Below are positions 53,192 to 62,148 of a stretch of 64,000 nucleotides of DNA, piece after piece. A program made the translations under genes and the position numbers. Under the pieces are notes generated by a model. That model was given only the letters and a program-made list of their open reading frames with translations, ran no database searches and was not told the origin of the DNA. The DNA is from an uncultured Bacteroidales bacterium (GTDB taxonomy: Bacteria > Bacteroidota > Bacteroidia > Bacteroidales > B18-G4). The stretch's first letter is position 1. The number at the start of each line of letters is the position of its first letter. The stretch is from contig CAZHFC010000009.1 in assembly GCA_964531985.1 (NCBI GenBank), positions 15,160 through 79,159 of the forward strand, given 5' to 3'.

Positions 53192-54004
53192 ATGAAAACA
53201 ATCAATCCGGGTTTGCTGGCCGGCATGGTGCTCGTCTTTTTTATCCTGACAGGCTGCAAAAAGGGCAGTAATGAAAGCCCCATCAACCTGTTTTCTGTTA
53301 ACGACGACATTGAATTCGGAAAAATGGTGGAAGCAGAGATTGCGGCCAATCCGCAGGAGTTTCCGGTATTAAGCCAGCAGGAATACCCCGATGCCTACCA
53401 GCACCTTTATCGCATACGCGACTCCATTCTCAACACAGGCCTGATATATTATGAAGACCGCTTTGAATGGAAAATGTACATCATTCAAAACGATACCATG
53501 CTCAATGCTTTTGCCACACCGGGGGGATACCTGTATTTTTATACGGGCATCATAAAATTTCTCGATGATGAAGCACAATTTGCAGGTGTGATGGGCCACG
53601 AAATGGCGCATTCCGACTTGCGCCACAGCACCAACCAGCTTACAAAAGCCTATGGGGTGCAGATACTTTTATCGATCCTGCTGGGGCAGGCACCCGGGCA
53701 GCTTACCGAGATCATCGCCAGCCTTGCCTATGGCCTCGGCACACTTGCATTTAGCCGTGATCATGAATATGAAGCCGACAAATATGCGGTAGAATACCTC
53801 TATAATACTTCTTACGATGCCAGGGGCATCGCCGATTTTTTTATTAAACTGGAAGATGCGCCCAGGCCTCCGCAGTTTTTAAGCACACACCCCTCTCCCG
53901 AAAACCGTATTGAAAAGATCCTGGAGGAATGGCAACTGCTCGGCGGAAAAACTGGGAATTTATATGAGGCCAGCTATAATTCCTTTAAAGCCACCCTGCC
54001 CTGA
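53192..54004 (+). CDS. M48 family metallopeptidase lipoprotein
   Basis: Lipoprotein signal (LVFFILTGC). HEXXH motif in GVMGHEMAHSDLRH, with downstream EYEADKYAVEY. Confidence 0.85.
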   Translation: MKTINPGLLAGMVLVFFILTGCKKGSNESPINLFSVNDDIEFGKMVEAEIAANPQEFPVLSQQEYPDAYQHLYRIRDSILNTGLIYYEDRFEWKMYIIQNDTMLNAFATPGGYLYFYTGIIKFLDDEAQFAGVMGHEMAHSDLRHSTNQLTKAYGVQILLSILLGQAPGQLTEIIASLAYGLGTLAFSRDHEYEADKYAVEYLYNTSYDARGIADFFIKLEDAPRPPQFLSTHPSPENRIEKILEEWQLLGGKTGNLYEASYNSFKATLP

Positions 54005-54124
54005 TCAAACGCTTGCTGCTTGTGCTGATCGTTTCCTGCTCTGGTGGCAGGATTGCATACCGCAGAAACGTTTTGTTGACCATTGACCCGCCGGTTACCG
54101 GAAAAGCCGCTTTACTGTTCATCA

Positions 54125-54146
54125 TGCGGATACTGTTTCATCCGCA
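54125..54146 (+). terminator. Weak hairpin downstream of the M48 gene
   Basis: TGCGGAT-(8 nt)-ATCCGCA, followed by GTTATTCC. There is no clear T-run, and it lies 120 nt after the stop. Confidence 0.3.
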
Positions 54147-54171
54147 GTTATTCCGTTACGGATAAATTGTC

Positions 54172-54179
54172 TAATTTTG
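54172..54179 (+). promoter_or_regulatory. Candidate -7 box TAATTTTG for the M20 gene
   Basis: ~10 nt upstream of the ATG at 54190, which implies a very short leader. Confidence 0.4.
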
Positions 54180-54189
54180 GCCTTCTCTT

Positions 54190-55635
54190 ATGAAAGTCAG
54201 ACTTATTCTAGTTTCACTTGCTGTTTTTTTCGTGGGGGGTTGCGGTTCGCTCAGCGGCCAGGCAAGCCCCGACAGAAATGTGACGGCCGAAAATGAAATG
54301 CTGCCCGAAGCCGTCCTGTTGTTAAAGCAATATGTGGCCATTCCGTCTGTGTCGGGGAATGAATTGGCGGCAGGAACATTTCTCGCCTCCCTGTGCCGCG
54401 AAAAAGGGCTTTTTGTGCGTCAATTCAGCAGCGATGAAACGGGATATAATTTTGCCGCATCCCTGTATCCCCTCGGGACGGGCAAGCCAAACATCATCTT
54501 TCTCAATCATATTGATGTGGTTCCGCCGGGTAACGAGGATGACTGGGATTTCCCTCCCTATGATGGGACGGTTGCCGGTGGCAGGCTCTGGGGACGTGGC
54601 AGTATCGACAACAAAGGCCTCGCCATTGTGCAACTGATGGCCGTGGCATCCTTTGCCGCTGAAGCCCGTAAGCGGGAACTGCCTTTTAATGTGAGCCTCC
54701 TCTCTGTTTCGGGTGAGGAAACCGGTGGAGCAAGGGGGGCCGCGATCATCGCCAGCGAATACCTTGAAGAGCTGAACCCCGTCCTGATCGTTGGTGAAGG
54801 AAGTTGCGGCTTTGAAAATATGGATTTTCTGGGCATCAGCCAGATGGTCTTTGGCATATCCGTGGCCGACAAGGGGATGCTGTGGCTTGAACTAAAAGTC
54901 AATACACCGGAAATCGGCCATGCTTCTGTCAATGCCGGGCAGTATTCAAATAAGATCCTTGTTGACGGGCTGCACAAGGCGCTTACGGCCAAACAGCCGG
55001 TCATATTCAATGATGCATCGCGCATGATGTTCAGGGATCTGGGAAAGCTCAGGGGCGGACTGAAAGGATTTGTCATGAGAAAGATCCACTGGAAACTGTT
55101 CAGGCCGGCCCTCCGGAAACAATTGAGAAAAGAACCGCAACTGGCATCCCTTACCGGAAACAGCATGTCACTGTCGTACCTTGGTAACCCTGACGGCGGA
55201 GTTAACCAGCATGCTTCCGAAGCCTTTGCCATGATCGATTGCCGGCTGTTGCCCGGCGTGGATCCGGACAGTTTCATTGAGGGGATCAGGGATATCATTG
55301 CCGACAGCAATATCAGCATACGCCCTGTGATGAAGGGGCCTCCGGCTTCTTTTAATAAGGAAAACCATTATTATGCGCTGCTTTCACAGTCGATAACCAC
55401 CGTTTTCCCCGGGGCCGTTGTTGTACCTGTACTTTTTCCGGCTACCACCGACAATAATTATTTCCGTGGCCGGGGATACCCCGTATACGGTCTGAACCCT
55501 TTCATATTAAGCATGGAACAGATAGGGTCTATCCACAACGTTAATGAAAATATCAGCCTGGAAGCTGTTATTACGGGGATTGAAGTTTTCAGGGAATTTA
55601 TTTCAGGGGTAATGAAGGAGGCTGTTCCCGATTGA
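54190..55635 (+). CDS. M20/M28-type metallo-hydrolase (dipeptidase-like), exported
   Basis: Lipoprotein-like signal (LAVFFVGGCGS). Blocks FLNHIDVVPPG, WGRGSIDNKG and SVSGEETGG are typical of the M20 family. Confidence 0.8.
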   Translation: MKVRLILVSLAVFFVGGCGSLSGQASPDRNVTAENEMLPEAVLLLKQYVAIPSVSGNELAAGTFLASLCREKGLFVRQFSSDETGYNFAASLYPLGTGKPNIIFLNHIDVVPPGNEDDWDFPPYDGTVAGGRLWGRGSIDNKGLAIVQLMAVASFAAEARKRELPFNVSLLSVSGEETGGARGAAIIASEYLEELNPVLIVGEGSCGFENMDFLGISQMVFGISVADKGMLWLELKVNTPEIGHASVNAGQYSNKILVDGLHKALTAKQPVIFNDASRMMFRDLGKLRGGLKGFVMRKIHWKLFRPALRKQLRKEPQLASLTGNSMSLSYLGNPDGGVNQHASEAFAMIDCRLLPGVDPDSFIEGIRDIIADSNISIRPVMKGPPASFNKENHYYALLSQSITTVFPGAVVVPVLFPATTDNNYFRGRGYPVYGLNPFILSMEQIGSIHNVNENISLEAVITGIEVFREFISGVMKEAVPD

Positions 55636-57010
55636 GCAGGGCCAGCAATCCCACGGCCAGCTTGCGGTTATCGGCCACATGTACCACCTTGTTTTGCCCG
55701 CCCAGTTTTCCTTCCTTTTCCAGATAGTTTTTGAATGTGCCTTTGGGTAATATCGTGATCTTTAATGCCTGTAAAACTTTTCCTTTAACAAGGTCATCAT
55801 AATACGGGTTTTTGCTGCGCATGGCCAGGTCGAGTTGTTCCGCGAAAGAATCTGTTTGTTCGGGCAAGATGCCAAATTCTATCAGCCATTCGTGGTGAGG
55901 CAGCCCCTCAGAGGGGTTCACCTGCGGTGCTACCGTAAACTCGGCCACCTGCACACCGCCTGCCTTGCAGGTTTCGGCCAGTGCTTCTTCAACTTCCGAT
56001 GCGATCACGTGTTCCCCGAAAGCGGAAATGAACTGTGAAACCCTGCCCGTTACCAGTACCCTGTGCGGGTGCAGCGAAACGAAGCGAACGGTATCACCCA
56101 GTTCATATGCCCACAGGCCGGCATTGCTGCTCAAAACAACGGCATAGTCAATGCCTGTTTCAACCTCATCCAGTGAAAGCCGCGGAGGCGGGTCTTTATG
56201 AATACCGGGCATGGGGATGAACTCAAAGAATATTCCGCTGTTGATATTAAGCAACAGTCCTTCTCCCGGTTCCCCGTCCTGAAATGCAATAAAGCCTTCC
56301 GAGGCGGGATACGTTTCGAGGGTATCCACACTTCTTCCAATCAATTGCTTAATGCCTGAGCGGTATGGCTCAAAATTGAGTCCGCCGTAAACAAGGAGTG
56401 AGAAATCCGGAAATATTTTACCAACGCTTTTACCGGTTTTCAATACCAGCTTTTCGAAGTACATGCGGAGCCAGGAAGGAATGCCGCTGATGAGCGACAT
56501 GCGACGCATGAGGGTTTCTTCCACGATGGCATCCACCTTTTCTTCCCAGTTACCGATACAGTTGGTTTCCCATGAAGGCATGCGGTTCTTTTGCAGGTAT
56601 GAGGGTACGTGGTGGGCCACAATGCCCGATAGCCGGCCTGCTGCGATCACACCCTTCTTTTCAAGGATCGGGCTTCCCTGCAGGAAGATCATGCTGTGAT
56701 CGGCAAAACGATAGTTGCCCGAACGTTTCATGTAAACCAGCAAAGCATTGCGGGCGGTGTTTATATGGTTATGGATGGAATCAGGGGTGATGGGGATGTA
56801 TTTGCTTCCGGAAGTGGTACCGCTGGTCTTGGCAAAATATTTCGGATGGCCCGGCCAGAGGACATCTGCTTCGCCCATGGCTGCCCGCTCAATATAGGGT
56901 TTCAGGCTTTCATAGCCTGCCAGGGGAACCCGATTCCGGAAATCGTCATAGCTGCCAATATGGTCAAAATCAAAATCCTTCCCGTAAACTGTATTCCTGC
57001 CCCTGGCCAT
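55598..57010 (-). CDS. GH3 (auxin-responsive promoter) family acyl-acid amido synthetase-like protein
   Basis: FAKTSGTTSGSKYIPIT adenylation motif, and an N-terminal block FDHIGSYDDFRNRVPLAGYESLKPYIERA typical of bacterial GH3 proteins. Homology-like sequence continues in frame upstream of the first ATG (to ~57100) with no ATG/GTG/TTG, so the start is unresolved. Confidence 0.8.
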   Translation of the reverse strand: MARGRNTVYGKDFDFDHIGSYDDFRNRVPLAGYESLKPYIERAAMGEADVLWPGHPKYFAKTSGTTSGSKYIPITPDSIHNHINTARNALLVYMKRSGNYRFADHSMIFLQGSPILEKKGVIAAGRLSGIVAHHVPSYLQKNRMPSWETNCIGNWEEKVDAIVEETLMRRMSLISGIPSWLRMYFEKLVLKTGKSVGKIFPDFSLLVYGGLNFEPYRSGIKQLIGRSVDTLETYPASEGFIAFQDGEPGEGLLLNINSGIFFEFIPMPGIHKDPPPRLSLDEVETGIDYAVVLSSNAGLWAYELGDTVRFVSLHPHRVLVTGRVSQFISAFGEHVIASEVEEALAETCKAGGVQVAEFTVAPQVNPSEGLPHHEWLIEFGILPEQTDSFAEQLDLAMRSKNPYYDDLVKGKVLQALKITILPKGTFKNYLEKEGKLGGQNKVVHVADNRKLAVGLLALLNREQPPSLPLK

Positions 57011-57200
57011 CAGCCTGCCGAATATCCTTTGCTGGCAAAGAACGCCCCTGGCCGCATCGCGTTTGAGCTTTGCCGAAAAAAAGGGCAGCAGGCAAACGGC
57101 TGATCGTTGATCGTAGTCGTGACAAAATAATGTTATTTGGCCGATGAAGATAACAATAATTAAAAATACTATCTTAGCTCAGATAAAAAAACCTGCTGTA

Positions 57201-58319
57201 ATGAAAAGAATCATTCTTACCGGGCTCATGGCATTTTCCGTTGTTTTGTTTTCGTGCCGGAAGGAAAAAAATGCCGCTGACGAAAAGGAAAAGCTCTTCG
57301 GAACTTTAAGGAACATTTGTGATTCTATGATCATGCATACACATGTGCCGGGCCTCGTGGCTGGTGTGTGGGCTCCGGACAGGGGAATTGAGTTTGTTTA
57401 TGCATCCGGACTGGCCGACCTGGAAAGCCAGCGGCCAATGGATGACAAAATGCACTTCCGGATCGGGAGCAATACCAAAACGGTTACCATCACCCGTTTC
57501 CTGCAATTGGTCGATGCGGGATATGTGAGTCTGCAGGATACCCTGCATACTTATTTTCCCGGTTTTCCCAAAAGTGAGAAGATCACACTGGAGATGCTGA
57601 CGGATATGACTTCAGGCATTACCAGCTATACCCAGATCGATGCGTTTCAGGAGGCGATGTACCTGGATCCCGGCCGCGTCTGGACCATGGATGAACTGAT
57701 CGCTTTTTCGGCTGAGGCCCCTTTTCATTTTGAGCCGGGCGAAGGCATCGATTATTGCAATACCAATACGCAAATGATCGGAAGGATCATCGAAATGATC
57801 ACCGGCGACGAACTGAAAAACCAGTTGCATCAATATATCATTGAACCACTGGGCTTGACAGAAACACATTTCCTGAGCTCGGGAAAAATGATCCCGGGCG
57901 ATCACCCCAGTGGCTACTATTCCGGTTCATTTGAAGAAGGCGATCCTGAATTTTCCGAATACTATGACATCTCATGGGCGCTGGCCGCCGGAAGCATGGT
58001 GTCGACCATCCGCGAACTGAAGGAATATGCGGAGGCACTCGGTAATGGCCAGTTTTTATCCGACAGCCTGCAGCAGTTAAGGATGTCGAAAAAGATCCTT
58101 TTCAGGGAACCCGATGTATATTACAGTATCGGGGCTGCATGGTTTGGCGATTACTACGGGCATGACGGAGGCCTGCCGGGCTTTACATCCACCATGGTTC
58201 ATTCACCGGGTAAAAACTGCACCATCATCGTGTGGTTCAATTGCAACCTGGATAATGACGGGATCCATACCGATCATGTTTTTAACCGTTTCGACGCCGT
58301 CATTTTCAATGATCCCTGA
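57201..58319 (+). CDS. Serine hydrolase (class C beta-lactamase / DD-peptidase family) lipoprotein
   Basis: The internal Met at 57201 gives lipoprotein signal MKRIILTGLMAFSVVLFSC. S-x-x-K motif in FRIGSNTKTVT. Confidence 0.8.
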   Translation: MKRIILTGLMAFSVVLFSCRKEKNAADEKEKLFGTLRNICDSMIMHTHVPGLVAGVWAPDRGIEFVYASGLADLESQRPMDDKMHFRIGSNTKTVTITRFLQLVDAGYVSLQDTLHTYFPGFPKSEKITLEMLTDMTSGITSYTQIDAFQEAMYLDPGRVWTMDELIAFSAEAPFHFEPGEGIDYCNTNTQMIGRIIEMITGDELKNQLHQYIIEPLGLTETHFLSSGKMIPGDHPSGYYSGSFEEGDPEFSEYYDISWALAAGSMVSTIRELKEYAEALGNGQFLSDSLQQLRMSKKILFREPDVYYSIGAAWFGDYYGHDGGLPGFTSTMVHSPGKNCTIIVWFNCNLDNDGIHTDHVFNRFDAVIFNDP

Positions 58320-58320
58320 A

Positions 58321-59715
58321 TCAAAATGTAAGCCGCACGCCTGAGAGTTGTTCATACAGATCGCTGTAACTGATAATATCCCTGATATCCTCGAATACGG
58401 TATTGCGGTAATTCACATTGGTGCTCAGGGCCCAGCCGGCCGCGATCGGATTTTTCGTTTGCCTCAGCGTTTTCAGATACTTCCTTTTCATCACCTTAAT
58501 GTCATACATCTTTTCCCATGAGGCCTTCATGAGCCTGTCGAGCTCTCCGGCTGTCATATGGTGTGGTTTGATCACGGTGTTGAAAAAGGTGTATTTTTCC
58601 CAGTCGATGGGGAAATGGGTATGGGTAATACGGTTTTGTTCAAGCAGGCGGTAATAGGATGCCGTTCCCGGCAGGGGAGTGAGCAAGCCCGCCTGCACGC
58701 AATCGACTCCTGAATTGATGATGTATTTGGTCCTGTTCTCAATGGTTTCGGCTGTATCCGTATCAAGGCCGAAAATAAAACTGCCCAGCACGGATATGCC
58801 GTTCCTGTGGAAGGTATCGTATACCTTTTCATAGTTTTCGACACCGATCCGGAGGTTGGTTTTTTTGTTCGACGACTGGAGCTGTTCGGGCAGTTCCGAT
58901 TCGATGCCGAGAAGGATCATCCGGCAGCCGGCTTCCGACATATACTTCAGGGCTTCCTCATCGCCGGCCAGGTGCATGGATGTGAAGGTATACCAGTTTT
59001 TTTTCACCCCGCTTTTAATGATTCCCTTGCAGATGTTCTTTGCCCTTTCCGCCGCTTGCCGTGAATATCCGAAAAAGTCATCATCAACGATATAAACCCT
59101 GTCCTGCGGGATGCTGATAAAATCCTTCACGACATCTTCCACCGGGCGGTAGCGGTATTTATGGCCGTTGATGGCATGAACGCTGCAAAAATCGCATTTC
59201 ATGGGGCAGCCGCGGGTAGTTTGAAGGGCACCCAGTCCGTATTTGTCGCTGAACAGCTCGATGCGTGCAGAAGGGGATTCCTTCATCGAAAGCAATTTGC
59301 CTGTATAAAGCTTTTTCAGGTTGCCCTTCTCAAAATCACGGATCACTTCCCTCCAAACCGATTCGGCTTCGCCTTTCACCACCACATCAACATAGTTGAC
59401 GGCTTCTTCGGGGATCATGGAAGCATGGATGCCGCCAAGCACGGTAGGGATCTTGTTTTTCCGGTAGATCTGCGCAATGTCATATGCCCTGGTGACCTGG
59501 GAGGTCAGGGCGGTGAATCCCACCATGTCGGCATCGCGTTCTTCAAAAGTGTCGAAGTTTTCGTCAAGTATTTCCACCTCCCAGTGGGGAGGGGTTAATG
59601 CAGCAACGATACCCAGTCCGAGGGGCGGAACACTCACTTCCTTATTATGATAAATGCCTCTGCGGTACTGGTTAACGGGGTTAATCAGCAGCAGCTTGAA
59701 TTTTTTTCGCGCCAC
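58321..59715 (-). CDS. B12-binding domain-containing radical SAM protein
   Basis: N-terminal Rossmann-like B12-binding region (LGLGIVAALTPPHWEVEILDE...DMVGFTA). CxxxCxxC cluster in TTRGCPMKCDFCSV. Confidence 0.8.
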   Translation of the reverse strand: MARKKFKLLLINPVNQYRRGIYHNKEVSVPPLGLGIVAALTPPHWEVEILDENFDTFEERDADMVGFTALTSQVTRAYDIAQIYRKNKIPTVLGGIHASMIPEEAVNYVDVVVKGEAESVWREVIRDFEKGNLKKLYTGKLLSMKESPSARIELFSDKYGLGALQTTRGCPMKCDFCSVHAINGHKYRYRPVEDVVKDFISIPQDRVYIVDDDFFGYSRQAAERAKNICKGIIKSGVKKNWYTFTSMHLAGDEEALKYMSEAGCRMILLGIESELPEQLQSSNKKTNLRIGVENYEKVYDTFHRNGISVLGSFIFGLDTDTAETIENRTKYIINSGVDCVQAGLLTPLPGTASYYRLLEQNRITHTHFPIDWEKYTFFNTVIKPHHMTAGELDRLMKASWEKMYDIKVMKRKYLKTLRQTKNPIAAGWALSTNVNYRNTVFEDIRDIISYSDLYEQLSGVRLTF

Positions 59716-59741
59716 CAGTGTAATTATGAATTGCCAATGAG

Positions 59742-59749
59742 CAAATGTA
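59742..59749 (-). promoter_or_regulatory. Candidate -7 box TACATTTG for the radical SAM gene
   Basis: ~26 nt upstream of the ATG at 59715. Confidence 0.45.
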
Positions 59750-59877
59750 GTTTTAATTTTAATTTAATAAACCCATGTGGCAAAAAATAGAATTTTATTG
59801 TTGCAGGCAATGTACATAAAGATACTGCATCCGAATTGCTGCATTGGGAATCGGAACAAGTAGCTTTTTTGAGACTT

Positions 59878-61668
59878 TTAATAGAGGTGGATGTCGAACT
59901 GGTAGATCAGCCCCAGCACGGCAACGATCATATAGATCAGGCTGAGGGGCAGGCCTATCCTGAAGAAGTCTCTGAAGCTGTATCCACCGGGTCCGTATAC
60001 CATCAGGTTGGTCTGGTACCCGATTGGCGTCATGAAGCTTGCGGCGCCGGCAATGGCAACGATCAGCACAAAGGGCTTAGCATTGATGTCCAGTTCGGCG
60101 GCCATGCTGATGGCGATGGGGAAAACGATGGCCACTGCGGCGGCATTGGCAAGGACAGATGTAAGGATGTTGGTGATGAGGAATATTCCCAGCAACACCC
60201 CCACAATGCCAAACGGCTTGAATACACTGAAAGTGGCATTGGCAAAGGTTGCTGCAACACCCGAGTTTATCATGGCTGTACCCAATGCCAGGGACAAGGC
60301 AAGGATGATAATAAGGTTGAAGTCGATACTTTTGGCAATGTCTTTTGGCGAGACCATCTTCAGGGCAAAGATCAGCAGCAGCAGGAGCAGCAGTGCGGTA
60401 AACAGTTTGACAAGGCCAAGCATGGAGGCCACGATGGAAATGACGATGCCGCCCAGCAGGGCGACCTGCTTGTAGAGCGGTTGTTTTTTATATTCCTGCA
60501 GGCGGTTGATGATATAGAAATCCTGGCTGTCTTTTGAAAGGGGCACAAAGTCTTCGCCGGTGAGCAGGAGCAGCACGTCGCCCGCCGCCAGCCTGACCTG
60601 CCCGAGCTTTCCGCTGACCCTTTCACCGTTTCGGTGTATAGCGACAATAGCCGCATCGAACCTGCTGCGGAAATTGATCTCTTTGGCGGTTTTGGAAACC
60701 AGGGTTGAGTTGTATGAGATCACTACTTCCACAAAAGCCGTTTGGTCCTTTTTAGCATACATGCCAATTTGTGCCAGTTGCAACCCGCTTCCGGCATCGA
60801 TCATTTCCGTGATCGATTCGGTTTCGCCGGCAAAGAGCAGAATGTCATTTTCCTGTAGCCTTGTAGATGGGCTAACAGGCTTGATGCTTTGTTCATCACG
60901 CAGGATTTCGACCACGAAAAGCCCTTTCAGGTTTCGGAGGCCGGCTTCTTCAATTGTTTTGCCGTGAAAATCATCCCCGCTGGTGATCCGCACTTCGGCA
61001 ATGTATTCGCGCTGTTGCAATTCCACGTTTTTTATCACGTCGACCCTGCTGGGCAACAGGCGGTTTCCGAATACAAGCAGGTAGCCGACACCGATGAGCA
61101 GCATGCTGATCCCTACAAAGCTGAAATCATAGATCTGCAGTTGACCGGCTTTGGCACTTACGGGATGGTCGGCATACATCCCTGCCACCAACAGGTTGCT
61201 TGATGTGCCGATCAGCGTGGCACAGCCGCCCAGGATGGCTGCATAGGAAAGCGGGATCATCAGCTTGGAAGGCGCAACATTGTTTTTTCTGCACCAGGTG
61301 TTAACATAGGGAATCATAATGGCTACCAGTGGGGTGTTGTTAAGCATGGTGGAAAACCCTGCTACCATGAACATCATCCTCACCTTAAATTTCCTGAAGG
61401 ATTGTATCCTGATCAGGGTTTGCAGGAAAACATTATCGAGTACGCCGGTTTTGCGGATGATATTTCCGAGCAGGAAAAGCAATACCACCACAGCGATCTG
61501 TTCATTGGCAAAGCCCGATAGTATTTCACCGGGGGTGATGATCCTGAAAACGCCCAATACCGCTATGCCAATCGAAAAAGTGAAACCCGGCCCGATCTTG
61601 TTGAGGTAAAGCGACACGATCAGGAATATGATAACGGCAATGACGATATACCCTTGAGTGGTGATCAT
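59878..61668 (-). CDS. SLC13/DASS-family permease with two central TrkA-C (RCK_C) domains
   Basis: Many TM helices at both ends. Two soluble repeats sit in the middle (EVRITSGDDFHGKTIEEAGL...NDILLFAGE and VEVVISYNSTLVSKTAKEINFRSRFDAAIVAIHRNGE...GDVLLLLTGE). Confidence 0.8.
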   Translation of the reverse strand: MITTQGYIVIAVIIFLIVSLYLNKIGPGFTFSIGIAVLGVFRIITPGEILSGFANEQIAVVVLLFLLGNIIRKTGVLDNVFLQTLIRIQSFRKFKVRMMFMVAGFSTMLNNTPLVAIMIPYVNTWCRKNNVAPSKLMIPLSYAAILGGCATLIGTSSNLLVAGMYADHPVSAKAGQLQIYDFSFVGISMLLIGVGYLLVFGNRLLPSRVDVIKNVELQQREYIAEVRITSGDDFHGKTIEEAGLRNLKGLFVVEILRDEQSIKPVSPSTRLQENDILLFAGETESITEMIDAGSGLQLAQIGMYAKKDQTAFVEVVISYNSTLVSKTAKEINFRSRFDAAIVAIHRNGERVSGKLGQVRLAAGDVLLLLTGEDFVPLSKDSQDFYIINRLQEYKKQPLYKQVALLGGIVISIVASMLGLVKLFTALLLLLLLIFALKMVSPKDIAKSIDFNLIIILALSLALGTAMINSGVAATFANATFSVFKPFGIVGVLLGIFLITNILTSVLANAAAVAIVFPIAISMAAELDINAKPFVLIVAIAGAASFMTPIGYQTNLMVYGPGGYSFRDFFRIGLPLSLIYMIVAVLGLIYQFDIHLY

Positions 61669-62104
61669 TTGACGGTTACAAAAGGCAGTGGTTCATGAAA
61701 TTGATTACATTCTTTTTATTCGGTCAAACCGGTGCCAAAGGCGCTTTAAAATTAGTAATATTTCTTTAGTCTCCTTAATATCTTTAAGGATGTTTGTATA
61801 CCTGCTGCTGATGAATGAAAAATATAAGCAGCTGTCATTATCCCTGAAACCCCTGGTTTGTTGGTCATAACCGGATGGCCTTTCGCTTTTTAATGCCGGG
61901 ATTTGCATTCCTTCCGACGGCAGCCTATGCTGTAATACCGGATGGCGGGATGTTATGAATGGGAAAATACCCGCATCACAAATATGTTGTCAACAGATCA
62001 TCCCAGATTATACCCTTTTAGTCCGGCCAATGGCCAGATATTCAGTAATATAAACCGTTATTTGGTATTTCATCGGAATTTTGCATTTATAAAAGCGAAA
62101 TGCT

Positions 62105-62112
62105 TATTTTTG
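62105..62112 (+). promoter_or_regulatory. Candidate -7 box TATTTTTG for lipoprotein gene 62149..63072
   Basis: ~36 nt upstream of the ATG. It is overlapped by the repeated TTTTGCATTT motif. Confidence 0.45.
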
Positions 62113-62148
62113 CATTTCGAACATTCGTTGATTTAAAAGCAATAGGGA

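Noticed and set aside
54558-55319. 253-aa minus-strand ORF antisense to the M20 gene, and a 233-aa plus-strand ORF (59836..60537) antisense to the SLC13 gene.
   Set aside because: Both have Ser/Pro/Leu-rich or Gly/Asp/His-rich low-complexity translations, and the opposite strand carries clear family motifs.
58321-59715. The B12-binding radical SAM gene as the core of a RiPP or natural-product cluster.
   Set aside because: There is no plausible precursor-peptide ORF, no second tailoring enzyme and no dedicated exporter next to it. Its neighbours (a serine hydrolase and an SLC13 permease) are transcribed independently.
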